This document shows positions 19,162-28,463 of a DNA stretch of 64,000 nt, one piece after another. Position 1 is the stretch's first letter, and every line of letters begins with the position of its first letter. The notes beneath the pieces were generated by a model. That model did no database searches. It had not been told where the DNA came from and saw only the letters and a list, made by a program, of their open reading frames with translations. The stretch comes from Acidobacteriota bacterium (GTDB lineage Bacteria > Acidobacteriota > Vicinamibacteria > Vicinamibacterales > CAVVIG01): positions 1,840 to 65,839 of the forward strand of contig JAOBWF010000119.1 in assembly GCA_025463215.1 (NCBI GenBank). The letters run 5' to 3'. The position numbers were made by a program, and so were the translations under genes.

Positions 19162-19188
19162 CGACGCGGGGTATCACGCCCCGCGTCG
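19162..19188 (+). terminator. Putative intrinsic terminator hairpin
   Basis: cgacgcgggg-tatcacg-ccccgcgtcg is a perfect 10-bp GC-rich stem followed by atttgt, 31 bp after the stop of the PEP-CTERM gene. Confidence 0.45.
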
Positions 19189-19372
19189 ATTTGTCTCACC
19201 AACCAGGGGTGGCCCTAACGCGTCGGCGGCGGTGAACTTGAGAGGGTCGAGGGTCTCGACCTCCGGGAAGCACGCGTTGCGGAGCCGCTGGGCCGATTGC
19301 CTTGCCGTGCCCTGACGGACGAGATAGGACCTCCCCCGACGTGGCAGCATTCGTGCGATTCTTTCCACAGGC

Positions 19373-20656
19373 ATGACATCCGATACGCACGTCGCTCCGC
19401 CCGTCGAGACGCGCCCTTTCCGACGTTTTTTCGCGAACCTCGGACCTGGCCTCATTACCGGGGCGGCCGACGACGACCCCTCTGGCATCTCCACGTACTC
19501 CGTGGCCGGGGCGACGTTCGGCTACCTCCCATTGTGGACCGCGCTGTTTTCCTTCCCTCTGATGGCCGCGGTGCAGCTCATGTGCGCACGCCTCGGGCTC
19601 GTGACCGGGTTGGGTCTCGCCGGTGTGATTCGTCGACGGTATTCCCGCTGGGTACTATGGGGTGCGTGTGCGCTGTTGGTCATCGCGAACGTGATCAACA
19701 TCGCGGCCGATCTCGGCGGCATGGCCGACGCCACCATGATGGTGACTGGCGCGCCCGTCAGACTGCTGGTTCCCATCTTCGGCCTGCTGATTGTGCTGCT
19801 CTTGATGTGGTCGTCCTATCGGACGATCGCGCGACTCTTCAAATGGCTGACGCTCGTGCTCCTCGCCTACGTCGCCACGGCCTTCGTCGCGCGCGTTGAT
19901 TGGCGCCTCGCGCTGGCGGCGACGGTGGTACCCCGTCTCGAATGGTCGCGGGGCTTCTTCTCCGTCCTGGTCGCGATCCTCGGCACCACCATCTCCCCTT
20001 ATTTGTTTTTCTGGCAGGCCGCGCAGGAAGTCGAAGAGGAGCGGTCGATGGGTCGCAATTTGGCGCGGCGCCGAGGCGCGACCGCGGAGGAACTGAGTGC
20101 CTGTCGCACCGATGTCGTCACGGGGATGTTCGCCTCAAATGCGGTCATGTATTTCATCATCATGACCACCGCCGCGACCCTCCACGCGCATGGCCAGACC
20201 AACATCGCGACGGCCCAAGAGGCGGCCGAGGCCCTGCGCCCACTGGCGGGCGCCGGTGCGTATTGGTTGTTCACCCTCGGCCTGATTGGCACCGGGATGC
20301 TGGCGGTCCCCGTGCTCGCCGGATCCTGTGCGTATGCGATCGCCGAGGCGGCGGCCTGGCGGGGATCGCTGAATCAGCGGCCCGGCCGGGCGAAGAAGTT
20401 CTACATCGTCCTAGGGGTCGCGGTGGCGCTGGGCATCGCGCTGAACTATGCCGGCTTCAATGCGATCAAGCTGCTGTTTACGACCGCGGTGATCAATGGG
20501 GTACTCGCGCCGCCGCTCATTCTCATCGTCCTGTTGCTGACCGGCGATCGCACGGTGATGGGCGACGCGGTCAATTCGCGCCTGGTCGCATCGCTGGGCT
20601 GGCTCACGTTTGTCGTGATGGTCGTGGCGGCGTGTGGACTCGCCTTCGCGTCGTGA
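19373..20656 (+). CDS. Nramp-family divalent metal cation transporter
   Basis: 427 aa, polytopic. N-terminal GPGLITGAADDDPSGISTYSVAGA block is typical of the Nramp family. Confidence 0.85.
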   Translation: MTSDTHVAPPVETRPFRRFFANLGPGLITGAADDDPSGISTYSVAGATFGYLPLWTALFSFPLMAAVQLMCARLGLVTGLGLAGVIRRRYSRWVLWGACALLVIANVINIAADLGGMADATMMVTGAPVRLLVPIFGLLIVLLLMWSSYRTIARLFKWLTLVLLAYVATAFVARVDWRLALAATVVPRLEWSRGFFSVLVAILGTTISPYLFFWQAAQEVEEERSMGRNLARRRGATAEELSACRTDVVTGMFASNAVMYFIIMTTAATLHAHGQTNIATAQEAAEALRPLAGAGAYWLFTLGLIGTGMLAVPVLAGSCAYAIAEAAAWRGSLNQRPGRAKKFYIVLGVAVALGIALNYAGFNAIKLLFTTAVINGVLAPPLILIVLLLTGDRTVMGDAVNSRLVASLGWLTFVVMVVAACGLAFAS

Positions 20657-20705
20657 GGCCCATCGCTGCGTGGAACGACGGCGGCCGAAGGCACCCGTAG
20701 GTGAC

Positions 20706-22076
20706 ATGATTCTGTCCAGAGATTCCCTGCGTGGCGTCGCGCTGCTGCTGCTCCTGGCCGGGACCGGTCGCTCGGTGGCGGCACAGAGTCCCGAAGACCC
20801 TCCGGCTCCTGATGCCATGACGATGTTTGCCCATGCAGACGGTGGCCGCTGGTGGGTGTCCGGGCAAGTCAATCTGATCTCACAGACGCACGGCCGATTC
20901 ACGTCGCCGTATGAGGGAGATAACAGCCTGCCTGCGCGTCAGGAGCAGGCGTTGTCGCGGGTGTGGACGATATACACCGGCGTCACGCTACCGGGCCACA
21001 CGGAAGTGTTGCTCGACATCGAGAGTGCAGGCGGACGAGGCTTGGGTGATGCCTTGGGTGTCGCGGGATTCATGAACCTGGACGTGGTGAGGAATCCGAC
21101 GTTGGGTCAGGCGCCGTACATTGCGCGCGCGATGGTGCACACGACGATTCCGCTCAGCCGCGAGATGGTCAATGTGACACCTAGTGGCTTGGCGCTCGCG
21201 GCCCACGTGCCGGGCCGGCGCTTCGAAATCCGCGCCGGCAAGCTCGGCATGGCCGATTTCTTCGACGTCAACGCGGTCGGCAGCGACAGCCATCTGCAGT
21301 TCACGAATTGGACCGTGGACAACAACGGCGCGTACGACTATGCCGCCGACACTCGGGGATATACCTACGCGGCGATCGTCGAGTACGACTCGCGCCAGTG
21401 GTCCCTGCGCTTCGGCGAGGCGCTGATGCCGACGGTCGCCAATGGCATCGACATGGACTGGCACATTGGTCGTGCACGCGCCGAGAATCTAGAGCTGGAG
21501 CTACGACCGGTCACCGGACTGGCCGTCCGCTTACTGGGCTATGCGAATCACGCCAACATGGGGAACTACGACGAGGCGATTCAAGGGTTTGTGGCCGGCC
21601 GAGACCGTGCGCCAGATGTTGTGGCACACCGGGTGCCGGGTCGTCTGAAGACCGGCGCCGGGGTCAATGTCGAGTACACCTTTCCCCGTCTCGCGCGCGT
21701 GTTCGCCCGGACCGGATGGAACGAGGGGCACAACGAGTCGTTTGCGTACACAGAAGTGAATAACACGGTGCAGGCAGGCGGCGACCTGACGGGGGCGCGG
21801 TGGCGTCGGTCGCACGATCGATGGGGCATTGCGGTGGTCTCAAACGGGCTGTCGGCGCCACACCGCGAGTACCTCGCGCTGGGGGGCCAGGGGTTCTTGC
21901 TCGGAGACGGAGCCCTGACGTACGGGCGAGAGAATATCGTCGAAACGTACTACGCGGCACATCTCTGGCGAGGGCTCTCCGCATCAGGCGGGCTCCAGTA
22001 CGTCAATCACCCCGGGTATAACCGTGATCGTGGGCCGGTCCTTGTCGAAATGGTGCGGGTACACACGGAATTTTGA
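20706..22076 (+). CDS. Carbohydrate-selective porin, OprB family
   Basis: Signal peptide (MILSRDSLRGVALLLLLAGTGRSVAAQ). WWVSGQVNLISQTHGRFTSPYEGDNSL block and alternating beta-strand pattern. C-terminal aromatic residue (TEF). Confidence 0.65.
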   Translation: MILSRDSLRGVALLLLLAGTGRSVAAQSPEDPPAPDAMTMFAHADGGRWWVSGQVNLISQTHGRFTSPYEGDNSLPARQEQALSRVWTIYTGVTLPGHTEVLLDIESAGGRGLGDALGVAGFMNLDVVRNPTLGQAPYIARAMVHTTIPLSREMVNVTPSGLALAAHVPGRRFEIRAGKLGMADFFDVNAVGSDSHLQFTNWTVDNNGAYDYAADTRGYTYAAIVEYDSRQWSLRFGEALMPTVANGIDMDWHIGRARAENLELELRPVTGLAVRLLGYANHANMGNYDEAIQGFVAGRDRAPDVVAHRVPGRLKTGAGVNVEYTFPRLARVFARTGWNEGHNESFAYTEVNNTVQAGGDLTGARWRRSHDRWGIAVVSNGLSAPHREYLALGGQGFLLGDGALTYGRENIVETYYAAHLWRGLSASGGLQYVNHPGYNRDRGPVLVEMVRVHTEF

Positions 22077-22277
22077 AAGGGGCAGTCGGTGGCGCCATGG
22101 CGAAGTTGTGCGCCCGCTGACCACACGCAATCGGAACGGAGGGCCCCAATCTATCCGTGGCCGCGAAGGGATTCTGGAAGCGACCTGGATTGAGGGCGAA
22201 GCCGCTCAGGTGGTATATCAGCGGTCGATTTCGTATCTACGCCGTCATTGCGCATCGCGCTCGCGCCGACTGCGGAT

Positions 22278-23528
22278 TCACGCACCGCCGCCAGCCCCAA
22301 GGCGCTCAAGGATGTCGCTCATCAACTGGGTCGCGGCCGGCGGACTGCTATTCGCCAGCACCACGACGGTGTCGTCGCCGGCCGGTTCGAATCTGAACTC
22401 GGCGTTCACGCCAGGCGCGCCTCCGCCATTCCCGATGAAGCGGCGCGCGCCACCCATCTGTTCCCGGAGTGCGAATCCGAACTTGGGACCCGATTGCCCC
22501 GAGAAGCTGCCATTTAGCACGTACTCGGTCATGCGCTGGTCCAAAAGGCGACCTCCATGCATGGCTCGTGAGAACTTGAAGAGATCGGCAACGGTCGAGT
22601 ACCCGCCTCCCGCCGGGTTCCCCGGTTCGACGGGATTGAAGCCGAACGTCCCGCTCTGTCCACCCATCACCGGGTGTCCCTGAGCGTCGGTCGCAAAATA
22701 GCCTTTCGCGATCGTTGGGTCACGATCGCCGTTCGTGGCGAATCCACTGTGGGTCATTCCCGCGGGACGGTAGATGTGATCCAGCACGTAGGTCGCATAG
22801 CTCTGGCCCGACGCAATTTCGACCACTCGCCCGAGGACGACGTACCCGCCGTTGCTGTATTCCTGTCGTGCGCCAGGCTCGAACGACTGAGGCGCGGAGC
22901 CAACCACCATAGCCATGGCTGCAACCGACGTGGCATCGCCGAAGTCCGCGCGCATGAATGGCGCGATGCCGCTGCGATGGGTGACCAGCTGCTGAATGGT
23001 GATCTTGGCGGCTGCGTCGTGGTTCGGATAGTCGGGCATGAACTTCGCGAGCGGATCATCTAACGACAACCGACCCTGCTGAATCAACTGCGCGACGGCC
23101 ACGGCGGTGAACGTCTTATTGATCGAGCCCAGGTTAAACCGCGTCTCCGGGGTATTACGAAGACCGCTGGCGCGATCCGCCAGACCGTATGCACGCGCGA
23201 TCTGCACAGCATCGCCTCGAGCGATCAAGACGGCCCCGGAGAAGCTCGCCCCTCTCGCGTCAAGCCACGTCTTCCAATCGTCCTGCGACTGCGTCTGAGC
23301 GTCGGTTGAGGAGAGGGTCTCAGCGGTGACCAACCCCGATGCTGAAGGTCGTGATGTGGGATGACCTGAGACGAGCAGGGACGGATCATGACACACGAGC
23401 GGTGATCGGCGGACCAACCGATCCTGGCGACCGACGTCGCATTGCTCCCGATGCCAGGTCGATGCGTCAGGCGCCCCTCCTACAGCGAGAACACAGACGC
23501 TAGCGATCAGGATATGTGTGACGCTCAC
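22278..23528 (-). CDS. Serine hydrolase, beta-lactamase/transpeptidase-like (class C / PBP4* type)
   Basis: SxxK motif in FNLGSINKTFTAVAVAQL and a YSNGGY (YxN) motif. Start tentatively at GTG 23528, giving the signal-like VSVTHILIASVCVLAVGGA. The track ORF extends to 23627. Confidence 0.8.
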   Translation of the reverse strand: MSVTHILIASVCVLAVGGAPDASTWHREQCDVGRQDRLVRRSPLVCHDPSLLVSGHPTSRPSASGLVTAETLSSTDAQTQSQDDWKTWLDARGASFSGAVLIARGDAVQIARAYGLADRASGLRNTPETRFNLGSINKTFTAVAVAQLIQQGRLSLDDPLAKFMPDYPNHDAAAKITIQQLVTHRSGIAPFMRADFGDATSVAAMAMVVGSAPQSFEPGARQEYSNGGYVVLGRVVEIASGQSYATYVLDHIYRPAGMTHSGFATNGDRDPTIAKGYFATDAQGHPVMGGQSGTFGFNPVEPGNPAGGGYSTVADLFKFSRAMHGGRLLDQRMTEYVLNGSFSGQSGPKFGFALREQMGGARRFIGNGGGAPGVNAEFRFEPAGDDTVVVLANSSPPAATQLMSDILERLGAGGGA

Positions 23529-23919
23529 GGACCCTCTTTGAGAAACACACCTGGGCCGACGCGGCGGTCGACAGATTGCTTCAGTGCGGCGAGTGTATAC
23601 ATATTGGTATGCGTAATATCGCCGCAATCTCTGCTTTTACATGGTTAACAAACTATTGACCTCGGGTTAACAATTCGACCTGAGCGTCGTACGCGCCGGT
23701 GCCCGGGACACGACGCCATTGCGGTTCGTGCCCACGACGTGGGTCACACGCCTGTCGGTCTTCAGGAACACGCTGTCGAGGATGGGAGGCAGACGAATGA
23801 CCAGGCACTGGAAGAAAGCGCGATGGGCCAAGAAGAAGATCGCGGAGAAGAAGTAGCAACCGGCCGAGTCCGAAGGACGGCGCAGGCCGCTGGCGCCCGC
23901 ACCGTCCGTTGTTAGATCG

Positions 23920-24264
23920 CTAGCGTCGCCACTCGCGATCGCGCCGATCGCGGTCCCACCCTCGATCCCGATCCCAATCGCGGCGATCGTCGCGACGCGG
24001 ATCGGCCACCCACCCGTAGCGTCTATAACCGTATGCGGGGCGGACCCACCGTCCAGGGACCCATTGATGTCCATACCCAGTTCGGACGTAATAGCCTGGC
24101 TGCCAGACATATCCACGGTACGCTGGTGGGGGCGCGTACGCGACGACCGGCGGTCCGGGAATCCCAATCCGCACATCAAAGCGCGTTTCCGCATGCGCCG
24201 CCGGCGTAAGCAACATGCCGAACAGCAGCGTTACGCCGGCCAGCCGCCAATAACGTGTCCACAT
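23920..24264 (-). CDS. Small secreted Tyr/Trp/Arg-repeat protein (YxWxxGxW-type repeats)
   Basis: Signal peptide MWTRYWRLAGVTLLFGMLLTPAAHA. Then GYVWQPGYYVRTGYGHQWVPGRWVRP repeats and an RD-rich tail. Confidence 0.55.
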   Translation of the reverse strand: MWTRYWRLAGVTLLFGMLLTPAAHAETRFDVRIGIPGPPVVAYAPPPAYRGYVWQPGYYVRTGYGHQWVPGRWVRPAYGYRRYGWVADPRRDDRRDWDRDRGWDRDRRDREWRR

Positions 24265-24500
24265 GATGACCTCCTGCCTGTCCGTGGAGCGAGACGGGTG
24301 CCAACGGGGAACGAAGAAAACGCGCCCAAATCGTGAACAAAGGCTCGATCGCGGTCACGGCGATTGAGAGTGCCCCCTCCGAGGGACAGGTTCAGCTGCG
24401 GCCTTTCGGACGACTTGAAGCGTTCGTAGGGGAGCGTGACGGCTGGGCTACATTGGTCTTCTCACAGGCGAACCGTGCCACGGTCGCGGCAGCAATGACC

Positions 24501-24955
24501 TTATCGCGCCCGTCTGAAGATGTCGCGCACCACCGCGTGCCAAAACGGCTGCCCGAAGGCGTACGGGGCGAGCAGCGCGGCGGCCGCGCCGCCAGCCTTC
24601 ACGGACTAGATCCCTTGCGGCGACCAATACACGTCCGCGAGTCGAAACCAGAGGGCGAACTCATCGAGCGTGAGGCCCAGCGCCACGCCGAACACGATGG
24701 CGATTCGCAGGTGCCACCCGGTCACCCTCGTGGTGAGCGCCGCGAAGCCTGTCGCGATCAACAGCAGGATGCCCCAGAAGAGATGGTGGACGTGGAGACC
24801 GCTTTCGTGACGAGATTCCGGAACGGCCCGTGCGGGAAGAGCTCGAAATGAATGATCGCCGTGAGCACTCGCAAGTTGGCGAACGTGCTCAGGAAAGCAA
24901 CGAGCGCGCGGGTCGCCACGCGTCGGCCGAGGCTCGGTCGACTGGTCCGTAACAA
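24501..24955 (-). pseudogene. Disrupted membrane-protein gene (frameshift plus in-frame stop)
   Basis: The minus-strand reading LVAFLSTFANLRVLTAIIHFELFPHGPFRNLVTKA continues only after a -1 shift as GLHVHHLFWGILLLIATGFAALTT...LTLDEFALWFRLADVYWSPQGI. A TAG follows, then more plausible coding sequence. Confidence 0.3.
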
Positions 24956-25083
24956 CAGCCCACCAAGCTATGCGACGGTGCTCGCGGCTGTCGGCGGTTG
25001 CGATCCGCGTGATAATGTCGCGACGTGGACCGTTGGCCAGCCGTGGGATACTGCGGGCCCATCCATGCAGAGAAAAGGATCCG

Positions 25084-25485
25084 ATGAGTGCTGAACAGAT
25101 CGCCCTGGCGACCCGCTATTCCGCCGCGTGGGGGGCCCACGACCCGGATGCGATCGTGGCCCTGCACACCGAGGATACCGTCTTCCACATGCACGGCATG
25201 GCCGAGCCGGTCATTGGCGCCGCAGCTACGCGCAGGGCCATCGCGGCGCTGTTTGTTCAATGGCCGGACATTCAGTTCCAGCGTAAGACGGCGTACTTTG
25301 GCGACGGGCATATCGTGACCGAATACGTCGTGTCCGGAACTGTGGACGGGGCGCCGTTCGCGTGCGACGGTGTCGACGTGTTCCAGCTTCGCGACGGCCG
25401 CCTCGCTCGCAAGGACACCTACCTCGACACAATCACGTATCAGCGCCAACTCGGGCTCGATCCGGCCGCGACGAACGCGACGTAA
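25084..25485 (+). CDS. SnoaL-like / NTF2-fold protein
   Basis: MSAEQIALATRYSAAWGAHDPDAIVALHTEDTVFHMHG... has the typical SnoaL-like polyketide-cyclase-fold N-terminus. 133 aa. Confidence 0.75.
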   Translation: MSAEQIALATRYSAAWGAHDPDAIVALHTEDTVFHMHGMAEPVIGAAATRRAIAALFVQWPDIQFQRKTAYFGDGHIVTEYVVSGTVDGAPFACDGVDVFQLRDGRLARKDTYLDTITYQRQLGLDPAATNAT

Positions 25486-25657
25486 GCCTCACGCGCACGG
25501 CCACGTGGCCGAACCTAGCGTTCGTTAGATAACACGCGCACGTCGCCGGCGTGGGCCCCGCGGCCGCGTCGTCACGACCCGCCGACCGGGCATACCTGGG
25601 CCAACGTGATGACATGGGCGAGGCGGTTGACGGACGCTGCTGTCATCTCGACGCGGG

Positions 25658-25771
25658 CGGTACACTTGTACGTGACACCGGGCGATTCGTTCATCATAAG
25701 AAGGGGAAGACTCGCAGACTCAGGCGCGAATTCGACGCGGAGGGATGGCCAGTGGTCGATGGCGGTGGTCT
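25658..25771 (+). repeat. Partial copy of tRNA-Ser(UGA): upstream flank plus nt 1-33 (left island boundary, att-like)
   Basis: ttcgacgcgGGAGGGATGGCC-AGTGGTCGATGGCGGTGGTCT matches 39021-39063, with one base missing. Patchy similarity extends further upstream (tacacttg..gtgacac, gggcgatt, tcaggcg). Identity ends immediately before the anticodon. Confidence 0.6.
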
Positions 25772-26055
25772 GGGGGACCGCTGCACCGAGACCCCATACC
25801 GTCGAGGCGCCCGGGTGTGCCGCAACGCCGTCGGTCGTCGCCACGGTCGCCGACGTGGGGCCACGTCGCGCGGGTGTGGGGCCCTGTCCCGCCGATCGCG
25901 AAGACGACGACCCGCCGGCGTACGCCCCGCACCGCCGCCTTCGACGCTTCGCCATCACATCGCCTGCGTGCATGCATCCAGATTCGACTGGACTCGTGCC
26001 GGACACAGAGCGGTCATGTGTCGGCGGGCATGGCGCTCGCGGTGCAGGAGTTCGC

Positions 26056-26220
26056 GTGACCCCACGGATCCAGATCGTCGGCCGAGTCCCAGTGGCGCCG
26101 AGTCGTCGCGTGAGCGCCGTCGCGGCACAACAGCACGTGAGCCTGAACACATTCCTCATCCACGCGCTCACGCAGGCGGTCGCCGCCTCGCTTAAGCCGC
26201 GCGAGAAGACGGGAGCCTAA
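26056..26220 (+). CDS. Ribbon-helix-helix (HicB/Arc-type) small DNA-binding protein, start uncertain
   Basis: C-terminal RVSAVAAQQHVSLNTFLIHALTQAV fits the RHH helix-1/helix-2 pattern seen in HicB-type antitoxins. Ends 3 bp before the integrase ATG. The upstream extent is unclear. Confidence 0.35.
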   Translation: MTPRIQIVGRVPVAPSRRVSAVAAQQHVSLNTFLIHALTQAVAASLKPREKTGA

Positions 26221-26223
26221 GCA

Positions 26224-27388
26224 ATGGGCACCGTTTATCGTCGCCAGGTGCGGTTCTGCACCGCCTGCGATCGGCGCCTCGATACGACCGCCGCGCGCAT
26301 TGCTTGCATGGCGGCGAGTCATGCGGTCGAACTCCGGGATCAGGGGCCTTGGTGGATCAAGTATCAGGTCCGGGGACGGCCCGTGTGCGTCAGCAGCGGC
26401 ACCGAGAGGAAAGAGGATGCGAAAAAGCTGCTTCGTCAGCGTGAGCACCTGGTGGACTCCGGCGCGCCGGTCACGGCGCACCAGAACCGCGTCACGTTCG
26501 AGGATGCGGCCGCGGATCTCGTCAACGATTACACGGTCAATAAGCGCCGCTCGCTGCGCACGGCCAACCTCCGGATCAGTAAGCACCTGACGCCCTACTT
26601 CGCGCACCGGCGGTTGATGACGATTACCGTCGTGGACGCGCGTGCCTACACCGGGCATCGTCTCCGCGAGGGCGCGTCCAATGCTTCGGTCAATCGCGAT
26701 CTCATGCTGCTCAAGCGCATGTGTACGCTGGCCATGCAGGCGGGGAAGTTGATGGTCCGGCCGTACATCCCGCTCCTGAAGGAGCACAACGTGCGGACGG
26801 GGTTCTTCGAGCCCCAGCAGTCGGCGAGCGTGCAACGCCACCTGCCCACGCACATGCGCGGAATCGCCGCATTCGCGTTCGTGACGGGCTGGCGCACGCC
26901 GAGCGAGATCCTCCCGCTCGAATGGCGGCAGGTCGATCTGAAACAGAACGAGGTCCGGCTCGACGTCGGCGCCACGAAGAACGGTGAGGGACGTGTGTTT
27001 CCGATCACGATCGAGCTGCGGCGGATCCTCGAATCGCAACAGGAGATCGCCAAGGTCGTGAAGCGCGAGCACGGGACGATCCCGCGCCATGTGTTCTGCT
27101 ATACGAAAGGCGCGAAAGCGGGGAACAGCGTCACGGAAGGCGGCTATAACAAGGCTTGGCGGAAGGCACGCGTTGCGGCTGGCTGCCCTGGACGGATCCC
27201 GCCACGACTTTCGTCGCACCGCGGTGCGCAATCTGGTGCGGGCCGGGGTGCCGGAGCGCGTCGCGATGCAGATGACCGGACACAAGACTCGAGCGGTGTT
27301 CGAGCGCTACAACATTGTCAGCCCTGGACATCTTCGCGACGCCGCGCGACGACTTGACACTTTCGCGTCGAGCACCGCCGCGATCTAG
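26224..27388 (+). pseudogene. Tyrosine recombinase / phage-type integrase, frameshifted before the catalytic HxxR
   Basis: The N-terminal 325 aa are read in the frame starting at 26224. The C-terminal catalytic block [39 protein letters not shown] is in another frame (ORF 27089..27388). Compared with the paralog at 30231-30240, one extra base is present near 27198-27204 (atcccgccacgac vs atctcgcacgac). Confidence 0.85.
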
Positions 27389-27439
27389 GGTTGCGCCCTC
27401 AATGTGGGGGCAACGCGTCGGTCCGCCTGACGACAGGAT

Positions 27440-27691
27440 CTACGGCTCGACCCGGAACGTCTTCAGCGTGCGCCAGTGCGGCGCCTCGCCGTGGCCTTGA
27501 TCCACCGCCGCGTTGATCGGACAGTAGCCGGTGGCGACGGTGGCTAGCATGGCGGTCGCACCGGCGAAACACAGGCCCTTTAGGAGAAACCCCGGCACCA
27601 GCACCGCCGCGACGCCAGCTGCGGCCGTCACCATGAGCCGCGGCGCCCGCTCTGAGGCGGCCACATTTGGCGCCCATCTCAGCGCCCACAC
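27440..27691 (-). CDS. DUF2892 (YgaP-like) small membrane protein
   Basis: NVAASERAPRLMVTAAAGVAAVL....ATVATGYCPINAAV matches the NVG..DR..R...G......G.CP.Y pattern of DUF2892. GTG starts are possible at 27691 or 27664. Confidence 0.5.
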   Translation of the reverse strand: MWALRWAPNVAASERAPRLMVTAAAGVAAVLVPGFLLKGLCFAGATAMLATVATGYCPINAAVDQGHGEAPHWRTLKTFRVEP

Positions 27692-27768
27692 GCGGCAAGG
27701 CCGACCACATACCAGATCGCGATTACGCTGAACGGCACCCCAAGCATCCACGCGGCGATGTAACGCAT
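27679..27768 (-). CDS. Possible 29-aa hydrophobic peptide
   Basis: ATG preceded by GGAGGT at 6 nt. Encodes MRYIAAWMLGVPFSVIAIWYVVGLAACGR (one TM helix). Its stop overlaps the DUF2892 start region. Confidence 0.25.
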   Translation of the reverse strand: MRYIAAWMLGVPFSVIAIWYVVGLAACGR

Positions 27769-27924
27769 GACGACCTCCGGCGTTATCGAGGAGCAATCTC
27801 AATACGATCTAACGGCCACCCCCTGGCGTACGTACCAGAGCGCAAGCAACAGGGAAGAAAGCCCTCACCTCGAATGCGTGCAACCCAGAGCCAGGATGCG
27901 ACGGACGGCACTAGCCACAAAACA

Positions 27925-28110
27925 TCGGGTCGGATTCCGCACGACTTGCGTCGAACCGCAGACGCATGGTTGTGCGAGTGGGTTTGCCTGGACAGGTCGC
28001 GATGCAGCTGTCCAGGGATAAAACGCGCGGTTTTGAACGCTACAACCGTGAGCGCGGGAGATCTTCGGAACGCTGCGCGACGGCTCAACACCTACGCGTC
28101 TGCCGTCTGA
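27925..28110 (+). pseudogene. Integrase C-terminal remnant (second copy)
   Basis: IPHDLRRTA, then (after a frame change) VRVGLPGQVAMQLSRDKTRGFERYN and VSAGDLRNAARRLNTYA. Same C-terminal architecture as the 26224 integrase, but broken. Confidence 0.55.
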
Positions 28111-28463
28111 ACTCCGACTGTAGAAAACGGCCTCTGTTAGCACACCGGCGTCCACATCGTCGATGGCTTGCACTCTGCGATCCGTTGGCGCGGCGTCTGC
28201 GACGCCTTCCAGGCGGACCCATCGGCCACTTCACCCGCGACGTGCCCGACGGCTACATCCAGACGCTCTCGTCAGGGACGAACCGGATTTCGAATCCTGA
28301 CAGTGCCGCTTGCGACGATCGCCTGCGGTTGGTCGTGGCCGCACCCATCTCGACCGTGGCACGATTCACGGCAATGGTCGAGTTTTGGGGACGGTCCATC
28401 CGTTTCTTGATGTCGTCTAACTCAGCACGATGTATTCTTCCTCACCGAAAAGGAGCGCTGCTG

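Noticed and set aside
24333-24851. 172-aa plus-strand ORF
   Set aside because: It has no motifs and an Arg/Glu/Gly-rich composition. The opposite strand carries recognisable, though broken, membrane-protein coding sequence.
25551-26195. Overlapping ORFs (25551..26195, 25572..26171, most of 25606..26220) across the left island junction
   Set aside because: They read straight through the tRNA-like fragment and have non-protein-like composition. Only the last 55 codons of the 25606 frame look like a real (RHH) domain.
26014-27285. 423-aa ORF antisense to the integrase
   Set aside because: The sense strand carries clear tyrosine-recombinase blocks. The antisense translation has no recognisable motif.
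27966-28463. N-terminal 166 codons of track ORF 27966..29819
   Set aside because: This part is the decayed integrase remnant plus non-coding sequence read through. A good RBS, ATG and lipoprotein signal at 28464 mark the real start.
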